A stretch of DNA of 64,000 nucleotides from an uncultured Gammaproteobacteria bacterium (lineage in GTDB: Bacteria > Patescibacteriota > Patescibacteriia > JAHIZJ01), in NCBI GenBank assembly GCA_964371245.1, contig CAYJKP010000002.1, forward strand, positions 102,960 through 166,959, in the 5' to 3' direction. The notes beneath the pieces are model-generated. The model was not told the origin of the DNA, did not search any database, and was given only the letters and a program-made list of their open reading frames with translations. Positions 55,204-64,000 of the stretch are shown in pieces. The position numbers and the translations under genes are program-made. The first letter of the stretch is position 1. The number at the start of each line of letters is the position of its first letter.

Positions 55204-55674
55204 TTATTTTTCCGCCGGTTGCTTTTTGGCGCTCGGCCGGAGCCACGAGAGCAGGACGAGAACAACTCCGCCGATGATAAGTAAATCGGCAAAATTAAAT
55301 ACCGGCCAACCGAAAAGACTGAAGTAGTCGATCACGTGGCGATATATGAGCCGGTCAATCAAGTTGCTTAGCGCCCCAACGCAAACTATACTCAAACCCC
55401 AAATGAGAAATATTTGCTTGTGCCGAAACGACTGGATTAGCCAGACCAACACACCGGCTATTGCCACCCCGACAGCGGCGATGATCACCGGATACGGTAC
55501 GGTTAAACCAAATCCGATGCCGGTATTGGTAAAATACCCGTAGACTAAATGCGAACCGAGCAACGGCCGGGGCGCGCTCAGTTGTTTCGCGACAAGCTTG
55601 CCGGCTTGGTCCGTGAATAAAACAAGCCAGAGCAGAAGCGCGTAGATATAAGGATAACGAAAGGGATTAAGCAT
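55204..55674 (-). CDS. lspA: Lipoprotein signal peptidase II
   Basis: DQAGK, NTGIGFG, GALSNLIDR, VIDY, FNFAD. Confidence 0.95.
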   Translation of the reverse strand: MLNPFRYPYIYALLLWLVLFTDQAGKLVAKQLSAPRPLLGSHLVYGYFTNTGIGFGLTVPYPVIIAAVGVAIAGVLVWLIQSFRHKQIFLIWGLSIVCVGALSNLIDRLIYRHVIDYFSLFGWPVFNFADLLIIGGVVLVLLSWLRPSAKKQPAEK

Positions 55675-55739
55675 GGTAAATAAAAATCCTCCACCCTTAG
55701 TATAGCCGTTCGGGTCGAGGCCGACAAATCTTTTCCCAA

Positions 55740-56105
55740 AAAGAAGAAGCCGCGAATGCCCTATAGAAAGATTATATGGCCTGCGGCCTCCATCGTCATA
55801 GCTCGATCCTCGTTGGATAGTTTGACTACTCCACTCTTGAAGCGTTCAAACTATCCAACGAAGGCATTCCCGCCATAACGTTATTGCGTTGTTCTATCCG
55901 GCTATCGAACACGCGAATCTCACACCGTTCTTGTGGTATGCCCCGAAACCCGAAGGTTTTAAAGCGTACCTTTTTGATTTTTGTTTTCCCTTTTTGGGGG
56001 GAATTTTTTTTGGTTTTCAGCCTGCCGGAAAGGCAAGCGTTTCGAACAGTGTGAAATTCCCATCCCTGGTGTTGTAGAAGGGGCATCTCACACCATTCCG
56101 GCATG
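55740..56105 (-). ncRNA. Candidate structured ncRNA (alternative: 92-aa ORF 55826-56104)
   Basis: Promoter at 56136-56164; multiple hairpins including a perfect 16-bp inverted repeat; U-rich end. Confidence 0.4.
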
Positions 56106-56273
56106 AAATCGTTATACTGTCAATGTTCTAGCTCCAGTATAGCAAAGAAAATAGGCCTTGTCAAGAGCGAGCATAATAACCGTTTTATCCTAATACTAGC
56201 CACTATCTCGTTTATTCGCTCTTGCGGTGCATTGTGAGCAACTTGTGAAGAACATGTGGCGTTATCCACACAG

Positions 56274-57926
56274 CTATTTATATGGTTCAATGCAGAATGT
56301 TAGATAAATATTTTGATCTTTGGTGGCGTCGGCAACGAAAACGCGCGCGGCATACTGTCCGTACTCCGGACTGAGCAGCAGTTGGTCACGATTGACCACG
56401 AGCAAACGCTTGCCTGAGATTTTGCGTACGCAGGCTGGTTCATCAGCCGCGCTTGATTGTTTCGCGATTGCTTCAATCATCGCCGGCGCGTTGGAAACGA
56501 CCACCCGATTGTCGAGTTGTCCATAGACGAGGGTATTTTCTCCACCCGGCAGCTCAATCTGCCAAAGTTTCTGGATCGACTGGCTATCAACACGAAAATC
56601 TTTTTGGTTTCCCGCCTGGGTATCCGGCACCAGCTCGGTTACAGTCGTGCCGTCGCTTAATGTTTTTTCGATTTTGCGGGGTGAGAGGACGCTCAGGACG
56701 TTTTTTATCAAGGCATCCGTGTTATTGGCGACGTCGTTGAGTCCTTCTGGAGCGTTTGGTTGCATTGTCAGTAGGAAGGCCTGCGGGCTATCGTCCGCGG
56801 CCGGCTGTTGCCCAATAATCATATCGGTCTGAAGATTTACGAGCGGCAGAACGTGCTTCGCCCAATCAAAACGAAATTCATTCGTGAAAAAGCTGGGCCA
56901 ATAAAAAATCGATTCGTTATCCGTTGACGGTTCGGCCGCGCTCAACGACTGAAAAACGTCGCGTAAATTGATCCCTAGCCAGGCCAGCCGATAGCTGGGC
57001 GGAAAATAGCGTTCCGCTTGCCGATAAATATTGCTCGCGTCGCCGGCGCTGAGTTTTTCCAGCAAGGTTGCGGGATGATTTGTAACCGAGCCAACAAACA
57101 ATCCGTCGCTGAGATCGACTTGAAAAAATAGATCCGTTTCGGTCATTGTATCGGCGTTGAAATATGTCCGGATCTGTTCGGGCACCGCCTTGGCAAGATC
57201 ATAGCCGGCCGGTTTCAGCCAAAGCGAGAACAGCGTGGCGTTCGGACGATAGACGCTGATGGTGGCGGCCAGCGCATCGGCTTCTTTGTTTTTCACATCG
57301 ATGACGGCGTGAATCGGCGCGGCTGAGTCAGCAATCACAAACATGCCTTTCTTCACCTCGCTCCAATAGAGCCCGGCCGCAGTTTGTGAATCGACGTTGG
57401 AAAAAGGTAAATCAGCAAACAAATCGGCTGGCCGGCTGTCGATCGACACCCCGTGATAGTCAGCGGCTTCACCGCTGCCGCGAAAAAGCTCGTTGAGCAT
57501 TACTCGAAAATCCTTGGCTGACCGCGCCTCGATGATGAACGCCCGACCTTGATTACCCGGGAGAACAAAAAAAGCGGCCTCCTGCCCCAGGACTTTATAC
57601 AAGCGCTGATTATCGAAGGCAGCGGGCAGTTTTTTCTTTATGGCTAGCTCGATCTTCGCGCTCAGCTGTTGCCAGGATTGGTTATCCCGCATCGTTTGGT
57701 CGGCCCGATTAAACAAGCCAAGGTTGAGGTGGGCATAGACAATCGCTGAACGCGGGATGAGCGCGTCGATCCGGTTTGAGCCATGACCAGGCGTATAGGC
57801 ACGCAGAAAAAGCGAAAGCACAATGATACCGACGATAATAACAACGCCCACGCCCAGAGCGAGGAGAAAGCGCGGCTCGATAAGTTTTTTCCGTTCAGCC
57901 GACCACATGGGCGCGGAGATGTTCAA
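56274..57926 (-). CDS. Membrane-anchored exported protein (DUF3352-like)
   Basis: N-terminal TM; repeated 'LIP..AIVY' and 'YFPP' starts, 'YHGVSI', 'VVVSN'; start may be 57908. Confidence 0.65.
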   Translation of the reverse strand: MNISAPMWSAERKKLIEPRFLLALGVGVVIIVGIIVLSLFLRAYTPGHGSNRIDALIPRSAIVYAHLNLGLFNRADQTMRDNQSWQQLSAKIELAIKKKLPAAFDNQRLYKVLGQEAAFFVLPGNQGRAFIIEARSAKDFRVMLNELFRGSGEAADYHGVSIDSRPADLFADLPFSNVDSQTAAGLYWSEVKKGMFVIADSAAPIHAVIDVKNKEADALAATISVYRPNATLFSLWLKPAGYDLAKAVPEQIRTYFNADTMTETDLFFQVDLSDGLFVGSVTNHPATLLEKLSAGDASNIYRQAERYFPPSYRLAWLGINLRDVFQSLSAAEPSTDNESIFYWPSFFTNEFRFDWAKHVLPLVNLQTDMIIGQQPAADDSPQAFLLTMQPNAPEGLNDVANNTDALIKNVLSVLSPRKIEKTLSDGTTVTELVPDTQAGNQKDFRVDSQSIQKLWQIELPGGENTLVYGQLDNRVVVSNAPAMIEAIAKQSSAADEPACVRKISGKRLLVVNRDQLLLSPEYGQYAARVFVADATKDQNIYLTFCIEPYK

Positions 57927-58461
57927 TGACTTTTTTAATTACCGCCTCTTTGCCGATTCGCGTGGTATCCAGGACGTAATCATAATGCTTCGGGTCGTAG
58001 ATATCGGCTTGACCATAATACTTCTGATAGCGAAGCTGGTCGCTGGCAATGCGGTTTTTCACGCTGGCCTCGACGTCGGCCTGGCTTTTTGGATTGGCCA
58101 TTTCATTGCGCTTATCCGGGTGGGCTTTCAGATCAAGCCATATTCTCTTCGCGCCTTCCTCGGGGGTGACATCGAGCAATATCTTATACGAATGTGGAAT
58201 CAGAAAATACGATGTCCGGCCTTCAATGACGAAATTATCGTCAGTCTGGCCAAGCTTCTTTTGATATTCGTCAACTTCGCGATCGGTCGAGAAATCGGTT
58301 TCACCTAAATGATTGTATTCCTCCAGGGTCATGCCCCGCTTTCTGGCCATTTCACGACGGAGACCGCCCATGTAGTAGCGCTTCAAACCAAACTCGTCGG
58401 TAATCGCTTGCGCCACCGAACTTTTTCCTGAGCCGGGCTTGCCACTGAGCGTAATAATCAT
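57895..58461 (-). CDS. cmk: Cytidylate kinase, archaeal/type-2-like
   Basis: ITLSGKPGSGKS, FVIEGR, RYQKYYG, YDYVLDT. Confidence 0.8.
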   Translation of the reverse strand: MIITLSGKPGSGKSSVAQAITDEFGLKRYYMGGLRREMARKRGMTLEEYNHLGETDFSTDREVDEYQKKLGQTDDNFVIEGRTSYFLIPHSYKILLDVTPEEGAKRIWLDLKAHPDKRNEMANPKSQADVEASVKNRIASDQLRYQKYYGQADIYDPKHYDYVLDTTRIGKEAVIKKVIEHLRAHVVG

Positions 58462-58536
58462 GTTGTTACTGTACCAGATAACCGCTGATTGGTAAATAAA
58501 AAAATGGCGGCCGCGGCCGGTTTTTATATTCCAACA

Positions 58537-58839
58537 CTAGGTTTTTATTTCCGGGTCTATTTTTCGCTTGGCCAATTTCCTTTTCGCGTAGGCCGGATAA
58601 AAAAACATAATTAGGCCGGTCAATGCCATCAGCGTTAGAATACCCCCGAACCAGGGGCTTAATCGGTTATGGACATAGCGCAGTAAACCGAGATCAACAA
58701 ATGACATTGACCGTGATACAAAGTCCGGATATTTCAACAATAGTCCTGATGTCGCCATAACAAGAATCAGCGCCGAGATTAACAAGACAAGTAATCGATG
58801 GATTTTTTTCGAAAGGAGAAAGCTATTCATAGCCGTCAT
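58537..58839 (-). CDS. PepSY-TM-like two-helix membrane protein with conserved His
   Basis: KKIHR..MATSGLL; RYVH..MALTGL. Confidence 0.65.
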   Translation of the reverse strand: MTAMNSFLLSKKIHRLLVLLISALILVMATSGLLLKYPDFVSRSMSFVDLGLLRYVHNRLSPWFGGILTLMALTGLIMFFYPAYAKRKLAKRKIDPEIKT

Positions 58840-58847
58840 TATTAAAA

Positions 58848-59243
58848 TTATTTGGTGTTTGAATTATTAATATCAAGAGCGCCGATGAGATACGGTGCCA
58901 AGTCGGCATACGCAGCCGGCGAGTGGGCGCCTCGGCCGGCCTTCGTCTGAAAAGCCTGCGTTGCCTCTTGTCCGCAATATTGGGTTATTATATTGCTGCC
59001 GCCCGGATGTTGCTTGAGATAATGAGTAACATTATAAATTTTGTCTTGGATAATAATCCAACAATCGGTGGGGGTTGTATGTTGAGCGACGATACTGGTA
59101 GTGAGGATTGCCTGGTTCGTATTTGAATTACTACCGGTTATCGGACCAGCCGTCTTGTGTCGATAATACCCCGCGGCATAATAGCCGATGATTACCCCGA
59201 AGATGAGGATTAATATCACCCCGATGACAATTTCTTTTCTCAT
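58848..59243 (-). CDS. Membrane-anchored cytochrome b5-like heme-binding protein
   Basis: HTT..DCWIII..KIYNVT.Y...HPGG...CG.EAT..F...HS; ATG at 59243 preferred. Confidence 0.88.
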   Translation of the reverse strand: MRKEIVIGVILILIFGVIIGYYAAGYYRHKTAGPITGSNSNTNQAILTTSIVAQHTTPTDCWIIIQDKIYNVTHYLKQHPGGSNIITQYCGQEATQAFQTKAGRGAHSPAAYADLAPYLIGALDINNSNTK

Positions 59244-59328
59244 ATGACGCAGTATATCATGTCGAATACTCTGAAACAATTCAATAACAAAACCGGATTA
59301 TTCATCCGGCCTTGTTATGTTGCGCTAC

Positions 59329-61581
59329 TTAATATCTCCGCGGACCGCCATGGCCGCCGCCGTGCCGATCAAACGGCCGCCGGGGCGGACGGGAACGGGC
59401 GAAGTTCATCCGCTCTTCATGTTCCGCCGGTGTTTCGAGCAGCGCTCGCCGGGACAGACTGATCCGGCCGCGCTCGGCATCCACTTCGAGCACCTTCACC
59501 TTCATGGCATCGCCCACCTTCACCACATCCTCGATTTTGTAAACCCGTTCGCGAGCCAGCTCGGAGATATGGACCATGCCGTCTTTTCCGGGCAGGAATT
59601 CGACGATCACGCCGATTTCTTTGCCGGTGTTCCGGTCGCTGACGATCTGCGTTACCGTGCCTTCGTATTCTTCACCGATCTGAATATCGCGGGTGAGGTT
59701 TGTAATCCAGTCGATCGCCTTCTGAGCCATCTCGGAATTATGCGACGTGACCATGATCAAGCCGTCATCCTCGATATCAATCTTAGTGACGTCCTTGCCC
59801 CCGCAATTATCGATAATGTCGTTAATCGTTTCACCGCCCTTGCCGATGACCTCGCGGATCTTCTTCGGATCAATGCGCATTGAGGTGATCCGTGGGGCGT
59901 AGGGCGAGAGTTCGGCCCGCGGCGCAGCGATGGCCTCAGCCATTTTATCCAGAATAACAGCACGCACTTTTTTCGCCCGTTCGAACGTCTTCTCACAAAT
60001 CTCCAGGCTGATGCCGGCGCATTTCACGTCCAGCTGAACGGCGGTGATCCCATCCTGCGTGCCGGCGACTTTGAAATCCATATCGCCCGAATGGTCTTCC
60101 AGGCCTTGGATATCGCTCAGTAAACGGAATTTATTTTGTGCTTCATCGGACATCATGCCGATTGAGATACCGGCGACGGGTTTTGTGATCGGCACCCCGG
60201 CATCCATGAGGGCGAGGGTTGAGCCGCAGGTTGAAGCCATCGAGGTTGAACCGTTTGATGACAGGACCTCCGACACCACCCGAACGGTATACGGAAACGT
60301 TTCTTTGTCGGGCAAAACCGGCAGTATCGCCTTTTCGGCGAGCGCCCCGTGGCCGATTTCTCGCCGGCCCGGGCCGCGCAACGGCGCGACTTCGCCCACG
60401 GAAAACGCGGGAAAGTTGTAGTGATGCATATACCGCTTCTTGCCGCTTTCTTCCATCGTATCAAGGAACTGTTCGTCGCCCGGCGAACCAAGCGTTACAA
60501 TCGACAGTACCTGGGTCTCGCCGCGATTGAACAGGCCAGAACCATGCGTGCGCGGCAGGATGCCGACTTCGACGGACAAGGGCCGGATGTCTTCGATTCC
60601 GCGGCCGTCCACGCGCTTACCTTTCTCTAGGACCATCGTCCGGATCGCCCGTTCGAGCAATTTTTCAACCAGGTCCGGCGCTTTCAGCCGCATTTCTTTC
60701 GTCACCTCGTTGTCGGCTTTCAGACTGGCGTCAAGGTCAGACAAAAGCTTGGCCTTTTTTTCTTCGAGGCGTGGCTTCTCAGCGGTCTGGATGATATCGC
60801 CCAGGCCGTTCTCGCAAAAAGCGTTGACTTTTTGTTCGAGCAAGAGCTTCGACTTTTCAACTTCGTCCTCAGCCGCGACCTCGACCACCATTTTCGGCGT
60901 GCCGACTTTTTGCCGCACCTCTTCGATGAGGTCAATTATTTTTCGCAGGTGTTTCTGACCAAAGCGTAGAGCCTCCATCATCGTCACTTCAGGGACTTCT
61001 TTCGCACCCGCCTCGAGCATGACAATTTTTTCGGCATTACCGACAACGACAAGATCGAGCTCTGATTTTTCCCGAGCCGAATAGGTTGGGTTCAAAACCC
61101 ATTCACCATTTATCTGGCCGACTCGGACGCCGCTGACCGGACCGTTCCAGGGAATGCTGGAAATCGTCAGCGCGCACGATGCGGCGATCAGCGCGGAAAT
61201 GTCAGGATCGTTTTCTTGATCAATCGACAGCACGGTAATCACAACCTGGACGTCATTGCGAATCGTGTCTTTGAAAAACGGTCGGATCGAACGGTCGATC
61301 ATACGCGATGATAAAATCGCCTCGTCGGTTGGTCGGCCCTCGCGTTTAATGAAGCGTGAGCCTTTAATCTTCCCAGCCGCGTAGAGACGTTCTTCATAAT
61401 CGACGAGCAACGGGAAGTAGTCGATGCCTTCCCGAACGGTATCGCTCATCACCGCCGTGGCTAATACGACTGTGTCGCCGTAACGGATGGTACACGAACC
61501 ATTCGCTTGGCCGGCGAATTTCCCGGTCTCGATGGTCATTTTGCGACCACCGATTTCGGTTTCAAATGTGTTGAGTGGCAT
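59329..61581 (-). CDS. pnp: Polyribonucleotide nucleotidyltransferase
   Basis: Two RNase PH domains, RREIGHG, SNGSTSMAS, GDMDFKVAGT, KH and S1 domains. Confidence 0.98.
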   Translation of the reverse strand: MPLNTFETEIGGRKMTIETGKFAGQANGSCTIRYGDTVVLATAVMSDTVREGIDYFPLLVDYEERLYAAGKIKGSRFIKREGRPTDEAILSSRMIDRSIRPFFKDTIRNDVQVVITVLSIDQENDPDISALIAASCALTISSIPWNGPVSGVRVGQINGEWVLNPTYSAREKSELDLVVVGNAEKIVMLEAGAKEVPEVTMMEALRFGQKHLRKIIDLIEEVRQKVGTPKMVVEVAAEDEVEKSKLLLEQKVNAFCENGLGDIIQTAEKPRLEEKKAKLLSDLDASLKADNEVTKEMRLKAPDLVEKLLERAIRTMVLEKGKRVDGRGIEDIRPLSVEVGILPRTHGSGLFNRGETQVLSIVTLGSPGDEQFLDTMEESGKKRYMHHYNFPAFSVGEVAPLRGPGRREIGHGALAEKAILPVLPDKETFPYTVRVVSEVLSSNGSTSMASTCGSTLALMDAGVPITKPVAGISIGMMSDEAQNKFRLLSDIQGLEDHSGDMDFKVAGTQDGITAVQLDVKCAGISLEICEKTFERAKKVRAVILDKMAEAIAAPRAELSPYAPRITSMRIDPKKIREVIGKGGETINDIIDNCGGKDVTKIDIEDDGLIMVTSHNSEMAQKAIDWITNLTRDIQIGEEYEGTVTQIVSDRNTGKEIGVIVEFLPGKDGMVHISELARERVYKIEDVVKVGDAMKVKVLEVDAERGRISLSRRALLETPAEHEERMNFARSRPPRRPFDRHGGGHGGPRRY

Positions 61582-61612
61582 TGAGAAATTCTCCTTTTGA
61601 GAATCCTCGTGA

Positions 61613-61668
61613 CCCCCAGACTCCAGACTTTCATTAGGATAAAATGAAAAAGTCTGTTGGTCTGCGGG
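61613..61668 (-). promoter_or_regulatory. Long hairpin in the pnp leader, candidate RNase III site
   Basis: CCC-CAGAC-CAGACT-TTCATT pairs with AATGAA-AGTCTG-GTCTG-GGG. Confidence 0.5.
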
Positions 61669-61695
61669 CCAAAGAGGACGCTGTAGTTAATTATG

Positions 61696-62292
61696 TTAAG
61701 ACTTCGTTTTTGGTATTGATTGGTTTGCGGGTCTCGCCCGGCCAACATTCTGTATTGGTTTTACCAGACGTTTCAAATTGAACGGTCCGCGGTGGTTGCG
61801 CAGCAAATATTTCGACTCATCGAGACAGAGGTCGGTGAAATCATCAACCACCTCAGTCAAACGGGTGGAGGCGGAACGGGCGAAGGCGACGACTTCGACT
61901 TGCTGGCCGGTGAATTTCAGGTACTCAACCAGCGGAATAAAATCGCCGTCACCGCTGACGATCACAACGACGTCGAGCCGGCTCGCCAAGCGGATCGCAT
62001 CAACGGCCACACCGACATCCCAATCGCCTTTTTTCTGGCCGCCGTAGAAAACTTGCAAATCTTTCGAGCGTATTTCGAACCCTTGCTTACTGAGGGCGTC
62101 AAAAAAACTCTGTTCGTCCGGCGCCTCGGCTTTTATCACATAGGCGATTGCCCGGATAAGCTTTCGACCAGCCACGGCGGTTTTCAAAATTTCGCCAAAA
62201 TTGACCTTTGAGTTATAAATATTCTTGGCGGAATAGTACATGTTCTGCACGTCGACGAATACGCCGACACGCTGTTCTGGATGTTTCATCAT
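61696..62292 (-). CDS. NYN domain protein (LabA/DUF88)
   Basis: FVDVQN, KGDWDV, SGDGDF. Confidence 0.92.
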   Translation of the reverse strand: MMKHPEQRVGVFVDVQNMYYSAKNIYNSKVNFGEILKTAVAGRKLIRAIAYVIKAEAPDEQSFFDALSKQGFEIRSKDLQVFYGGQKKGDWDVGVAVDAIRLASRLDVVVIVSGDGDFIPLVEYLKFTGQQVEVVAFARSASTRLTEVVDDFTDLCLDESKYLLRNHRGPFNLKRLVKPIQNVGRARPANQSIPKTKS

Positions 62293-62341
62293 ATGTTTTT
62301 TGTCTTATCGAAAAAAGCCCGACTCAACGGGTATGCAATAA

Positions 62342-62611
62342 TTAATGCTTGAGTTTTAACTTTTTGATCAGGTTTTGATAGCTCTCGGCATTCTCTTTTT
62401 CAAGATAGCGGAGCAGGCGGCGGCGTTGGCCGACCTTGCGGAGTAGGCCGCGTCGGGAAGAAAAATCCTTTTTATGATCGCGCAGGTGATCGGTGAGCTG
62501 CTGGATTTCCTCGGTCAAAATGGCGATCTGCACCTCGGACGAACCGGTATCGGTTTCGTGCGTTTTAAACTTTTTGATGAGCTCTTCTTTTTTTTGCTTG
62601 TCGATTGCCAT
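62342..62611 (-). CDS. rpsO: 30S ribosomal protein S15
   Basis: [32 protein letters not shown]. Confidence 0.98.
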   Translation of the reverse strand: MAIDKQKKEELIKKFKTHETDTGSSEVQIAILTEEIQQLTDHLRDHKKDFSSRRGLLRKVGQRRRLLRYLEKENAESYQNLIKKLKLKH

Positions 62612-62723
62612 ACGGCGTTCCTTTCGCGTCCGCGAAACCCGAGTTGCGTCCTAACTTTCGCTCCAATTCATCAGTCATGGAGGGGCGCAACCAAGGAGTC
62701 GTAATAAATTAATTAGCTAGCTT

Positions 62724-62752
62724 AAAATATCACAATCCTTATCTTCTGTCAA
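62724..62752 (-). promoter_or_regulatory. Sigma70 promoter of rpsO-NYN-pnp
   Basis: TTGACA-17 (TG)-TATTTT. Confidence 0.55.
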
Positions 62753-62854
62753 GAAGTACGGTTTCTCCAATATTATTAAATAAAAACTGCCATAACTCCG
62801 ATCTGAGAGTCTGGCAGTCACCTTATGGAAAAGAGCGGGGGTCTGGCCCGGCGG

Positions 62855-63175
62855 CTAGATACTTGTCACCAGACTGAACTGGATCGGCGGAGTCTTCTGG
62901 TCCGTACTGTAGGCGCACATGTAACTACAGTCTTCCAGGTGAACGTTGCCAGGTGTCCAAAAGCCGTGTTCTTCGTCATACTGCACCGTGGCCCAGCCCG
63001 TGGCTTGCTGGCCGTCCCCATAGGTAAAGGTGAAATCGACCTTGAGTTTCTGGCTGCGGTCGATGCCGGCCAGCTCGAACGTCACCTTCTCCGGCCTTCC
63101 GAATCGCCGCCGTATGGCGCTTTCGGCCATTCGCACGACCAGATCCTTCACTTCCGCAGAGTCATTTCCTGGCAT
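62855..63175 (-). CDS. Hypothetical protein (106 aa)
   Basis: GGGAGG SD; codons mostly ending in G/C. Confidence 0.6.
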   Translation of the reverse strand: MPGNDSAEVKDLVVRMAESAIRRRFGRPEKVTFELAGIDRSQKLKVDFTFTYGDGQQATGWATVQYDEEHGFWTPGNVHLEDCSYMCAYSTDQKTPPIQFSLVTSI

Positions 63176-63239
63176 GCCTTTTTCCTCCCGGGTATTATCC
63201 CTTACCAGGACGGCGTGTCCTGGCTTGCTACCGAACTGC

Positions 63240-64000
63240 CTAGAGTCGCTTAGTCATGAAGGAAAGATCTGAACCTTCAACTTCAAGAATCGCGTACCCC
63301 GGATGCCCCACTCCGAACTGTACGCCCCAGACCGCGGGCACAAACATCATCTCATACGGAACCGGTCCGAACTTGGCCAGCTCCTGGTCTGCCTTCAGTT
63401 TGGCATGGAAGTCACCGAATACTACCGCCTTGATTCTGCCAGAGTAGTCTGAGATCCGTTCCTCAGAGATGACGTTCATCCGGTGGGTGAACAGCACGAC
63501 TTGCTTCGGACCACTGCGGGCAAGCGTCTCCGTGATGAAATCATTCTGCCGGCGAAGCAAATCCTGCAAGAAGGCGCTGTTCGAATCCTTGATCTGCCGC
63601 TTCCACCGAAAGAGGTCGCAGTCGATCCAAACGAACCGGAGGGCGCCGACTTCCTTCATGCCCCAGAGCGGGCCGGCCAATTCAAGCCAGTTGCGGATCG
63701 CCTCTTCACTCAGGTCACCTCCGATATCCCGAGTGATCTCAATCAGGATCTTCGACAGGTCGTTTCCCCAGCGAGGCCGGAAGAAATAATCGACCCCGTC
63801 GCGATATCCTAGGGGGTGCTCCGATGGGACGTGAAACAAAGTCTGTCCCATCGTTTGGCATAGCCTCAGAAATTCTCCGAGAACCGATCGGCCCGCTTTT
63901 CCCTCGGCACCGCGTTCGGCAATGCCGTGGATTTGGTCACCGAGCGTTATCAGCCCGTCACTCTGCAATGACGGATACACCCGCTGGAGCTTAGCGATCG
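63240..64000 (-). CDS. Calcineurin-like metallophosphoesterase, 5'-truncated by the window edge
   Basis: ITLGD, VPSEH (GNH position), LFTH, FGDFH; frame open to the window end. Confidence 0.65.
   Translation of the reverse strand, partial: IAKLQRVYPSLQSDGLITLGDQIHGIAERGAEGKAGRSVLGEFLRLCQTMGQTLFHVPSEHPLGYRDGVDYFFRPRWGNDLSKILIEITRDIGGDLSEEAIRNWLELAGPLWGMKEVGALRFVWIDCDLFRWKRQIKDSNSAFLQDLLRRQNDFITETLARSGPKQVVLFTHRMNVISEERISDYSGRIKAVVFGDFHAKLKADQELAKFGPVPYEMMFVPAVWGVQFGVGHPGYAILEVEGSDLSFMTKRL

Noticed and set aside
55750-55875. Retron msr-msd (outer inverted repeat plus long hairpin)
   Set aside because: The shape is suggestive, but no reverse transcriptase is adjacent; kept only as a generic ncRNA candidate.
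1-64000. CRISPR array, rRNA, tmRNA, RNase P RNA, DGR or reverse transcriptase
   Set aside because: No regularly spaced repeat-spacer series, no recognisable conserved motifs for these RNAs, and no RT (YxDD-type) ORF were seen by eye.
1-64000. Alternative genetic code (TGA=Gly, as in Gracilibacteria)
   Set aside because: Long conserved genes are complete under code 11, and TGA ends genes at expected positions (for example the comM 3' part and the PEP-utilizer gene).

Overview
Bacterial chromosome segment, most consistent with Patescibacteria (CPR, Parcubacteria/ABY1-like). That assignment is inferred from the giant Cys-rich surface protein, the VirD4- and VirB6-like genes, SecD with a PPIase insert, LeuS with enzyme-domain inserts and Asn/Thr 'NTN' linkers; standard code 11 fits. 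Housekeeping genes include three tRNAs, lgt, secD, secF, rsmA, tsaC, leuS, lspA, cmk, pnp and rpsO. The clearest accessory feature is a 6,467-bp AT-rich element (46680-53146) inserted by a large serine recombinase into comM just before the Walker A motif. Its att sites can be reconstructed exactly. Excision would restore a 502-aa ComM, and because attP lies inside the recombinase gene it would also swap the recombinase C-terminus (40-aa host-derived tail when integrated, 22-aa element-encoded tail when circular). The element also carries an unannotated Xis/BldC-like HTH gene with 10-bp-phased operator repeats, a SpoVG-like protein and a surface thermonuclease. Other notable items are a 3,351-aa Cys-rich protein operon near three thiol-disulfide oxidoreductases, two promoter-driven and heavily structured intergenic regions that are candidate ncRNAs (44510-45057 and 55740-56164), a circularly permuted parvulin inside SecD, and HAM1-like plus Nudix domains inside LeuS. 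All functional calls come from motif recognition by eye; no database searches were run.
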